A stretch of DNA of 64,000 bases from the NCBI GenBank assembly GCA_040954595.2, contig CM082590.2:4278001-4342000 (forward strand), read 5' to 3'. Positions 53,201 to 64,000 of this stretch are shown in pieces; position 1 is the first letter of the stretch, and the number at the start of each line of letters is the position of its first letter. Below the pieces are notes generated by a model that saw nothing but the letters and a program-made list of their open reading frames with translations, did not search any database and was not told the DNA's origin. The DNA is from Balanoglossus misakiensis. Taxonomy: Eukaryota; Animalia; Hemichordata. The position numbers and the translations under genes were made by a program.

Positions 53201-56200
53201 AGACTCCGTAGATCGACGAATAGTTCTAAAATTTCCATTGTTGCTTCCAAACAGCCTCGTTTATTTACGGAATTCTGTTTTAGGCGCAGAACACATAGAT
53301 AGGCATATGTGCATAAGAAAGTTTTCCACTATAGACTCTGTAGATAGAGAGATAGTTCTAAAATTTCCATGGTTGCTTCCAAACACAGCCTTGTTTGTTT
53401 ACAAAATTCTGTTGTGATGCGCAGAAAACATATATAGGCCTATGCGCATAAGAAAGTTTTCCACTAGACTCTGTAGATCGACGGATAGCTGTAAAATTTC
53501 CATGGTTGCTTCCAAACTGCCTCGTTTATTTACCGATTTCTGTTGTGAGGCGCATAACACATGATAGGCCTATGCGCACAAGACATTTTTCCACTGGACT
53601 CTGTAGATCGACGGATAGTTCTAACATTTCCATGGTTGCTTCCAAATAGCCTCGTTTATTTACCGAATTCTGTTGTGAGGCGCAGAACACGTAATAGGCC
53701 TATGCGCACAAGAAAGTTTTCCACCAGACTCTGTAGATCGACGATAGTTGTAAAATTTCCATGGTTCCTTCCAAACAGCCTCGTTTATTTACCGATTTCT
53801 GTTGTGAGGCGCAGAACACATAGATAGGCCTATGCGCATAAGAAACTTTTCAAGTTTAGATCAACGGATAGTTCTAAAATTTCCATGGTTGTTTCCAAAC
53901 AGCCTCGTTTATTTACCGAATTCTGTTGTGATGCGTAGAACACATACATATGCCTATGCGAATAAGAAAGTTTTCCACTAGACTCCGTAGATCGACGAAT
54001 AGTTCTAAAATGTCCATGGTTGCTTCCAAACAAAGCCTCGTTTGTTTACAAAATTCTGTTGTGATGCGCAGAACACATAGATAGGCCTATATGCATATGA
54101 ACGTTTTCCACTATACTCTGTAGATCGAGAGATAGTTCTAAAATTTCCATGTTTGCTTCCAAACAGCCTCGTTTATTTACGGAATTCTGTTTTGAGGCGC
54201 AGAACACATAGATAGGCATATGTGCATAAGAAAGTTTTCCACTATAGACTCTGTAGATCGAGAGATAGTTCTAAAATTTCCATGGTTGCTTCCAAACACA
54301 GCCTCGTTTGTTTACAAAATTATGTTGTGATGCGCAGAACACATATATAGGCCTATGCGCATAAGAACGTTTTCCACTAGACTCTGTAGATCGACGGATA
54401 GTTGTTAAATTTTCATGGTTGCTTCCAAACAGCCTCGTTTATTTACCGATTTCTGTTGTGAGGCGCAGAACACATGATAGGCCTATGCGCATAAGACATT
54501 TTGCCACTAGACTCTGTAGATCGACGGATAGTTCTAAAATTTCCATGGTTGCTTCCAAACAGCCTCGTTTAATTACCGATTTCTGTTGTGAGGCGCAGAA
54601 CACATAGATAGGCCTATGCGCATAAGAAACTTTTGAACTTTAGATCAACGGATAGTTCTAAAATTTCCATGGTTGTTTCCAAACAGCCTCGTTTATTTAC
54701 AGAATTCTGTTGTGATGCGTAGAACACATACATATGCCTAGGCGCATAAGAAAGTTTTCCACTAGACTCCGTAGATCGACGAATAGTTCTAAAATTTCCA
54801 TTGTTGCTTCCAAACAGCCTCGTTTATTTACGGAATTCTGTTTTAGGCGCAGAACACATAGATAGGCATATGTGCATAAGAAAGTTTTCCACTATAGACT
54901 CTGTAGATAGAGAGATAGTTCTAAAATTTCCATGGTTGCTTCCAAACACAGCCTTGTTTGTTTACAAAATTCTGTTGTGATGCGCAGAAAACATATATAG
55001 GCCTATGCGCATAAGAAAGTTTTCCACTAGACTCTGTAGATCGACGGATAGCTGTAAAATTTCCATGGTTGCTTCCAAACTGCCTCGTTTATTTACCGAT
55101 TTCTGTTGTGAGGCGCATAACACATGATAGGCCTATGCGCACAAGACATTTTTCCACTGGACTCTGTAGATCGACGGATAGTTCTAACATTTCCATGGTT
55201 GCTTCCAAATACCCTCGTTTATTTACCGAATTCTGTTGTGAGGCGCAGAACACGTAATAGGCCTATGCGCACAAGAAAGTTTTCCACCAGACTCTGTAGA
55301 TCGACGATAGTTGTAAAATTTCCATGGTTCCTTCCAAACAGCCTCGTTTATTTACCGATTTCTGTTGTGAGGCGCAGAACACATAGATAGGCCTATGCGC
55401 ATAAGAAACTTTTCAAGTTTAGATCAACGGATAGTTCTAAAATTTCCATGGTTGTTTCCAAACAGCCTCGTTTATTTACCGAATTCTGTTGTGATGCGTA
55501 GAACACATACATATGCCTATGCGAATAAGAAAGTTTTCCACTAGACTCCGTAGATCGACGAATAGTTCTAAAATGTCCATGGTTGCTTCCAAACAAAGCC
55601 TCGTTTGTTTACAAAATTCTGTTGTGATGCGCAGAACACATAGATAGGCCTATATGCATATGAACGTTTTCCACTATACTCTGTAGATCGAGAGATAGTT
55701 CTAAAATTTCCATGTTTGCTTCCAAACAGCCTCGTTTATTTACGGAATTCTGTTTTGAGGCGCAGAACACATAGATAGGCATATGTGCATAAGAAAGTTT
55801 TCCACTATAGACTCTGTAGATCGAGAGATAGTTCTAAAATTTCCATGGTTGCTTCCAAACACAGCCTCGTTTGTTTACAAAATTATGTTGTGATGCGCAG
55901 AACACATATATAGGCCTATGCGCATAAGAACGTTTTCCACTAGACTCTGTAGATCGACGGATAGTTGTTAAATTTTCATGGTTGCTTCCAAACAGCCTCG
56001 TTTATTTACCGATTTCTGTTGTGAGGCGCAGAACACATGATAGGCCTATGCGCATAAGACATTTTGCCACTAGACTCTGTAGATCGACGGATAGTTCTAA
56101 AATTTCCATGGTTGCTTCCAAACAGCCTCGTTTATTTACCGAATTCTGTTGTTAGGCGCAGAACACGTAATAGGCCTATGCGCATAAGAAAGTTTTCCAC

Positions 56201-59200
56201 CAGACTCTGTAGATCGACGGATAGTTCTGAAATGTCCATGATTGCTTCCAAACACATCCTCGATTGTTTACAAAATTCTGTTGTGATGCGCAGAACACAT
56301 ATATAGGCCTATGCGCATATGAACGTTTTCCACTATACTCCGTAGATCGAGAGATAGTTCTAGAATTTCCATGTTTGCTTCCAAACAAAGCCTCGTTTGT
56401 TTACAAAATTATGTTGTGATGTGCATAACACATGATAGGCCTATGCGCATAAGAAAGTTTTCCACCAGACTCTGTAGATCGACGGATAGTTCTGAAATGT
56501 CCATGATTGCTTCCAAACACATTCTCGATTGTTTACAAAATTCTGTTGTGATGCGCAGAACATATATATAGGCCTATGCGCATATGAACGTTTTCCACTA
56601 TACTCCGTAGATCGAGAGATAGTTCTAGAATTTCCATGTTTGCTTCCAAACAAAGCCTCGTTTGTTTACAAAATTATGTTGTGATGTGCATAACACATGA
56701 TAGGCCTATGCGCGTATGAACGTTTTCCACTATATTCTGTAGATCGAGAGATAGTTCTAGAATTTCCATGTTTGCTCCCAAACAGCATCATTTATTTACG
56801 GAATTCTGTTTTGAGGCGCAGAACAGATAGATTGGCATATGTGCATAAGAAAGTTTTCCACTATAGACTCTGTAGATCGACGGATAGTTCTTAAATTTCC
56901 ATGGTTGCTTCCAAACACATCCTTGTTTGTTTACAAAATTCTGTTGTGATGCGCAGAACACATATATAGGCCTATGCGCATAAGAACGTTTTCCACTAGA
57001 CTCTGTAGATCGACGGATAGTTGTAAAATTTCCATGGTTGCTTCCAAACAGCCTCGTTTATTTACCGATTTCTGTTGTGAGGCGCAGAACACATGATAGG
57101 CCTATGCGCATGAGAAATTTTTCCGCTGGACTCTGTAGATCGAGAGATAGTTCTAAAATTTCCATGGTTGCTTCCAAACACTGCCTCGTTTGTTTTCAAC
57201 ATTTTGTTGTGATGCGCAGAACTCATAGATAGGCCTATGCGCATAAGAACGTTTTCCACTAGACTCTGTAGATCGACGGATAGCTGTAAAATTTCCATGG
57301 TTGCTTCCAAACAGCCTCGTTTATTTACCGATTTCTGTTGTGAGGCGCAGAACACATGATAGGCCTATGCGCATAAGACATTTTTCCACTAGACTCTGTA
57401 GATCGACGGATAGTTCTAAAATTTCCATGGTTGCTTCCAAACAGCCTTGTTTATTTACGGAATTCTGTTTTGAGGCGCAAAACACATAGATAGGCATATG
57501 TGCATAAGAAAGTTTTCCACTATAGACTCTGTAGATCGAGAGATAGTTCTAAAATTTCCATGGTTGCTTCCAAACACAGCCTCGTTTGTTTACAAAATTA
57601 TGTTGTGATGCGCAGAACACATATATAGGCCTATGCGCATAAGAACGTTTTCCACTAGACTCTGTAGATCGACGGATAGTTGTTAAATTTTCATGGTTGC
57701 TTCCAAACAGCCTCGTTTATTTACCGATTTCTGTTGTGAGGCGCAGAACACATGATAGGCCTATGCGCATAAGACATTTTGCCACTAGACTCTGTAGATC
57801 GACGGATAGTTCTAAAATTTCCATGGTTGCTTCCAAACAGCCTCGTTTATTTACCGAATTCTGTTGTTAGGCGCAGAACACGTAATAGGCCTATGCGCAT
57901 AAGAAAGTTTTCCACCAGACTCTGTAGATCGACGGATAGTTCTGAAATGTCCATGATTGCTTCCAAAAACATCCTCGATTGTTTACAAAATTCTGTTGTG
58001 ATGCGCAGAACACATATATAGGCCTATGCGCATATGAACGTTTTCCACTATACTCCGTAGATCGAGAGATAGTTCTAGAATTTCCATGTTTGCTTCTAAA
58101 CAAAGCCTCGTTTGTTTACAAAATTATGTTGTAATGTGCATAACACATGATAGGCCTATGCGCATATGAACGTTTTCCACTATATTCTGTAGATCGAGAG
58201 ATAGTTCTAGAATTTCCATGTTTGCTCCCAAACAGCATCATTTATTTACGGAATTCTGTTTTGAGGCGCAGAACATATAGATTGGCATATGTGCATAAGA
58301 AAGTTTTCCACTATAGACTCTGTAGATCGACGGATAGTTCTTAAATTTCCATGGTTGCTTCCAAACACATCCTTGTTTGTTTACAAAATTCTGTTGTGAT
58401 GCGCAGAACACATATATAGGCCTATGCGCATAAGAACGTTTTCCACTAGACTCTGTAGATCGACGGATAGTTGTAAAATTTCCATGGTTGCTTCCAAACA
58501 GCCTCGTTTATTTACCGATTTCTGTTGTGAGGCGCAGAACACATGATAGGCCTATGCGCATGAGAAATTTTTCCGCTGGACTCTGTAGATCGAGAGATAG
58601 TTCTAAAATTTCCATGGTTGCTTCCAAACACTGCCTCGTTTGTTTTCAACATTTTGTTGTGATGCGCAGAACTCATAGATAGGCCTATGCGCATAAGAAC
58701 GTTTTCCACTAGACTCTGTAGATCGACGGATAGCTGTAAAATTTCCATGGTTGCTTCCAAACAGCCTCGTTTATTTACCGATTTCTGTTGTGAGGCGCAG
58801 AACACATGATAGGCTTATGCGCATAAGACATTTTTCCACTAGACTCTGTAGATCGACGGATAGTTCTAAAATTTCCATGGTTGCTTCCAAACAGCCTTGT
58901 TTATTTACGGAATTCTGTTTTGAGGCGCAAAACACATAGATAGGCATATGTGCATAAGAAAGTTTTCCACTATAGACTCTGTAGATCGAGAGATAGTTCT
59001 AAAATTTCCATGGTTGCTTCCAAACACAGCCTCGTTTGTTTACAAAATTATGTTGTGATGCGCAGAACACATATATAGGCCTATGCGCATAAGAACGTTT
59101 TCCACTAGACTCTGTAGATCGACGGATAGTTGTTAAATTTTCATGGTTGCTTCCAAACAGCCTCGTTTATTTACCGATTTCTGTTGGGAGGCGCAGAACA

Positions 59201-60922
59201 CATGATAGGCCTATGCGCATAAGACATTTTGCCACTAGACTCTGTAAATCGACGGATAGTTCTAAAATTTCCATGGTTGCTTCCAAACAGCCTCGTTTAT
59301 TTACCGAATTCTGTTGTTATGCGCAGAACACGTAATAGGCCTATGCGCATAAGAAAGTTTTCCACCAGACTCTGTAGATCGACGGATAGTTCTGAAATGT
59401 CCATGATTGCTTCCAAACACATCCTCGATTGTTTACAAAATTCTGTTGTGATGCGCAGAACACATATATAGGCCTATGCGCATATGAACGTTTTCCACTA
59501 TACTCCGTAGATCGAGAGATAGTTCTAGAATTTCCATGTTTGCTTCCAAACAAAGCCTCGTTTGTTTACAAAATTATGTTGTGATGTGCATAACACATGA
59601 TAGGCCTATGCGCATATGAACGTTTTCCACTATATTCTGTAGATCGAGAGATAGTTCTAGAATTTCCATGTTTGCTCCCAAACAGCATCATTTATTTACG
59701 GAATTCTGTTTTGAGGCGCAGAACACATAGATTGGCATATGTGCATAAGAAAGTTTTCCACTATAGACTCTGTAGATCGACGGATAGTTCTTAAATTTCC
59801 ATGGTTGCTTCCAAACACATCCTTGTTTGTTTACAAAATTCTGTTGTGATGCGCCGAACACATATATAGGCCTATGCGCATAAGAACGTTTTCCACTAGA
59901 CTCTGTAGATCGACGGATAGTTGTAAAATTTCCATGGTTGCTTCCAAACAGCCTCGTTTATTTACCGATTTCTGTTGTGAGGCGCAGAACACATGATAGG
60001 CCTATGCGCATGAGAAATTTTTCCGCTGGACTCTGTAGATCGAGAGATAGTTCTAAAATTTCCATGGTTGCTTCCAAACACTGCCTCGTTTGTTTTCAAC
60101 ATTTTGTTGTGATGCGCAGAACTCATAGATAGGCCTATGCGCATAAGAACGTTTTCCACTAGACTCTGTAGATCGACGGATAGCTGTAAAATTTCCATGG
60201 TTGCTTCCAAACAGCCTCGTTTATTTACCGATTTCTGTTGTGAGGCGCAGAACACATGATAGGCCTATGCGCATAAGACATTTTTCCACTAGACTCTGTA
60301 GATCGCGGATAGTTCTAAAATTTCAATGGTTGCTTCCAAACACAGCCTTGTTTGTTTACAAAATTCTGTTGTGATGCGCAGAAAACATATATAGGCCTAT
60401 GCGCATAAGAAAGTTTTCCACCAGACTCTGTAGATCGACGGATAGTTGTAAAATTTCCATGGTTGCTTCATAATACAGCCTCGTTTATTTACCGATTTCT
60501 GTTGTGATGCGCATAACACAGATAGGCCTATGCGCATAAGAACGTTTTCCACTAGACTCTGTAGATCTACGGATAGTTGTAAAATTTCCATGGTTGCTTC
60601 CAAACAGCCTCGTTTATTTACCGAATTCTGTTGTGATGCGTAGAACACATACATATGGCTATGCGCATAAGAAAGTTTTCCATTAGACTCCGTAGATCGA
60701 CGGATAGTTCTAAAATTTCCATGGTTGCTTCCAAACAAAGCCTCGTTTGTTTACAAAATTCTGTTGTGATGTGCATAACACATAGATAGGCCTATGCGCA
60801 TATGAACGTTTTCCACTATACTCTGTAGATCGAGAGATAGTTCTAAAATTTCCATGTTTGCTTCCAAACAGCCTCGCTTATTTACGGAATTCTGTTTTGA
60901 GGCGTAGAACACATAGATAGGC

Positions 60923-63900
60923 CACAAGCGTTTGCCCCATGGTAACTTAGTTAGATTCAAAATGGCCGCCATTTATGTAAGTGCGCCCTCAACGACTAAC
61001 TTTGTGCGCATTCCCTGTAATGGGGAGGGCATCATATGCGCCTTGTTTGCATGATTTAAACATCACTTAAAATGCACTTTCATGTATAGACTACCGACTA
61101 CGATGAATTTAATCGAAAATTATATTATTTTTATGTCTATTTTGATCTTACAGTGAATAAAAATGACCATTTGAAGCAAATCATTTACAATCACCACGTA
61201 CCTGGCCTGAATGTTTGCTTTTATTATGTTCACAAACTTAACACACCATTGTTCTGGTTGTAAAGGCGGGTACGGGTTGGCTAGTAGTGAGGGGAACATG
61301 TTCATTCAGTCTAGTTACTCGCTAAATTTTCAAGTACTTGGTACATTATCTGAAAGTCACACAATTATTCACACAAGAGGCAATATGCAGGTTAAAGAGT
61401 TTTTATTATTAACATTTTACACATCAAATATATATGTACAAAATTGGCATGGTAACAATCACAAAAATACTTTAAATCTTGCATTGTGATCTATTTACAT
61501 TCACATTTACATTTACTTTTTATAGGGGCCTCTTGACTTGATTTCAGGTTTTGTATGTGTCGGGCTAGTCCTAATATGGTGGTCTTTCACTAGTTGCTCA
61601 AGTTTGTTCAGGCGGTCCCCAGGCATACATGAATAGCTCACTGAAGCCTGGTTAAAGGCGTGGTGGATTGACTCTATCCCCTGCTCGCCGAAGAACCCTA
61701 GCCCTCGTTTAAATAATCTGATCTTCTCCATTATGTGACACTCAAGCATGTGCAATTTTGGAAACACACTTTCCTCTGGAAAATGCATCCTATACAGATT
61801 CATGAACCTGGATACGGCAGTATCTGAAATAAATTATATTTGAAAATGTCAATATTTTTTACTTCAAAGTTATAATTTAGTTATTCAATGTTACAATAGT
61901 GATGTGCCATAAATGATAAGCATTATGTATTGTACGGCATACACTTTGGGAAAGGTTTGGGTGGTGGAGAGGGGCGAATGGCCGGGAAATGAGACAAGAG
62001 GCGCGTGGTGTTGATACCAAATTCAAGTCTGGTTTATTGTAACTTTACGCAAGCTATATATACATGTTTGTGAACCTTGACTTTTGTTCACACCTGATAC
62101 CGGGAGATTCACACTTGACAGTGGGCTCAAGTTTGGTGACTGACTTATTCCCTGCTTGCTGTGTGTATATGTGTGCAAGTGGAAGAGGGGGTGGGGGTGC
62201 CTGCATGCATGCTGTACTTACCCAATTCTTCAATTTCAATGTGTGTCAATTTTCTGCTGTGGGAATACTTGTTGTGGCAGTTTGCAAACTCCGTGAACAG
62301 TGTTTGGTGTTTGTGTACTATTTCCCGGGCTTTTGGGAGCAACTCTGGGCATACTTGCTCAGTCACATTAACAACACTGTTGCATAGTAGATTCACATTT
62401 TGTGGCTGAAAAATAGGCAGTCCAATCATTAATCTTTTCATTCACAGGGCAAGTATAATGTTTGTTTTTTTCACTATGAATTATGCCTGTATTTCAAGAC
62501 TGTAACTGATTAACTATATCAAATACTAAACACTTACATTTAACTAAAATCAAAGAATGTTATAAATGTTCTGTGAATTAAAATTTCATTTGATTAATGT
62601 ATTTATTAATTCAACCTTCGGTCACTCACCAACTAGAAAAATATTGTTAAACATCATATCCAACCTAAAAATAAAAAAAAAACTAACAGAAAAATGAAAA
62701 ATAAAGATAAAATGTCCAAGGGAACTTGGCTATATATCAACTTTCAGAACAATTTATTACACAATTAGGGCAAACAAACTTCAACAACTTCATGCATGGC
62801 AATTAAGTAACCATAACAATTATTCTTACACAGACCTTGCAGCATCGGTTTACATGATTGCCTATGAATGACTGACTATGGTAGGCTTGCAAATAGACAT
62901 TGATAGAAGCAAGTGCTACTTCAAGTCCCCTATGCAAGTATCCAGCTTGACGGGGAAGCTTTTTCTGCAACGTTACAATTTCTGCAGCCTAAAAGTTAAA
63001 CACACCCAATGATTACATTCAAATGAAAAATTAGTCATGTTATACCTGAAAAGAAGACAAATCACATTTTTTTATAAATCAGTACCAAATATGATAATGC
63101 ATTCACCTTTTTATCTGCAATATCAGAGAGTTTCTTTCTTTTACGTTCCATATGTTTTACTTGTCCAAGTGTTGGTGGCCAGTCCTCATCATCACTATCA
63201 TCATCACTAGTATCAGTGAAGGCAGCTTCAATGTGGGATGTCAGTAAATCATACTCAACATGTATTTCATTAATCTCTGAATTGAGGCGAGATATCTTCG
63301 AAATGTGACTGACATATTCATCAAAGTGGGCAGGTTTCATGACTGGCACATCTATTTCCTCCCCCGCCCCCACTAAACGAGTGAAGATTTCGGCATCAAG
63401 TAGATGACAAGAATTCTGCAGGAGACGAAAGAGCCTCTGAAATATGCCCAGGGAGATGTGCAAAACTGGAATCGAAACCTATGAGAGAAATTAAGCATAA
63501 CACATTAATTACGACTTCTTGTTTTTATCTGAAATGAAGATAGAGAAAAATGAAATTGATACATCTATGAAGAACATACCCTACACAGTGGAATTCTAAA
63601 CATTTGATCCCTGACGCAATTGTAATACTCTTTAGCTTGAGTAAGGACCTTCCCTGCACTGACAAAATTATTGTGTGCATCTCTGATTGACTCTAGTGTT
63701 CTTGGTGGAATATCCGGCCGCTCTTCTGGTGGTAGCTTTGCTTGCTCTTTTGTGGTCAGACACCACAGGCAATAGTATCGTCCTGTTGATGAAACAAGGA
63801 AAAAAGACTGCCGACACATTCTATTAAAAAAAATGACATGCAAATATTTAGAAACATGTTACAATCAAAAGAATCAGCATGCAGCACATACCACTTGGAC

Positions 63901-64000
63901 CAGACAATCCGTACATCTTCACCAGAAATTCATAGTCACCTGCAAGCCAAACAAGAACTTGTGCATCTCTGTGGACAAAAAAATAAATACATAAAAACAA
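60923..64000 (-). mobile_element. Chapaev/Transib-related (CMC-type) autonomous DNA transposon, 3' part; extends beyond the window
   Basis: The satellite stops mid-unit at gataggc|CACAAGCGTTTG. The CAC terminus lies ~590 bp downstream of the transposase stop codon. Confidence 0.75.
61513..63968 (-). CDS. Spliced DDE transposase, Chapaev-like, RAG1-core related (C-terminal ~432 aa; N-terminus outside the window)
   Basis: Exons 63892-63968, 63580-63782, 63107-63478, 62836-62988, 62222-62405 and 61513-61823, all GT-AG, join without stops: ...WLAGDYEFLVKMYGLSGPSGRYYCLWC...IPVLHISLGIF...QAYHSQSFIGNHV...FPKLHMLECH...GLGFFGEQGIESIHHAFN...KK*. Confidence 0.88.

Larger units (their letters stand above)
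45895..60922. repeat. ~132-bp satellite array (~15 kb) with higher-order repeats
   Basis: Unit tagttctaaaatttccatggttgcttccaaacagcctcgtttatttaccgaattctgttgtgatgcgcagaacacatagataggcctatgcgcataagaacgttttccactagactctgtagatcgacgga. Variant patterns recur at 1563 bp (53561/55124) and 1450 bp (57038/58488/59938). Confidence 0.98.

Noticed and set aside
45895-60922. Dozens of repeated short ORFs (MLPNSLVYLP..., MFCASQQ...)
   Set aside because: By-products of the satellite; monomer indels shift frames at random.
45872-60932. aagcgttt on both sides of the satellite as a possible TSD
   Set aside because: The match is short and offset from the array ends; the right copy is better explained as part of the CAC-starting transposon terminus.
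60923-61512. ProtoRAG-type RAG1L-RAG2L convergent gene pair
   Set aside because: Only ~590 bp lie between the stop codon and the putative terminus, with no kelch/PHD coding signal. The transposase lacks the RAG1L-specific GYDEK and SEGNE motifs.

Overview
AT-rich, repeat-dense eukaryotic (metazoan, probably marine invertebrate; inference) genomic DNA with spliceosomal introns, so most short ORFs in the supplied track are spurious. In order along the window: (1) 1-6.5 kb, a composite tandem repeat of 120-bp arrays alternating with ~750-bp spacers, one junction interrupted by a Helentron/HINE-like element. (2) ~16-38.4 kb, a minus-strand chain of phase-compatible exons in which four calcium-binding EGF (cbEGF) exons sit between Q/P/S-rich exons; three exons carry in-frame stops, so this is probably a chimeric pseudogene. 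(3) Inside one of its introns, a decayed AcademX-type transposon (transposase + XPG-like nuclease + Cys-rich tail) with nested insertions. (4) Many MITEs and a ~3.4-kb foldback structure. (5) 45.9-60.9 kb, a ~132-bp satellite with 1450- and 1563-bp higher-order repeats and an embedded retropepsin fragment. (6) From 60.9 kb, a CAC-terminated element abutting the satellite whose six visible exons splice into an uninterrupted ~432-aa Chapaev/Transib/RAG1-core-like transposase C-terminal part, continuing beyond the window. All family assignments come from motif recognition by eye; no searches were run.
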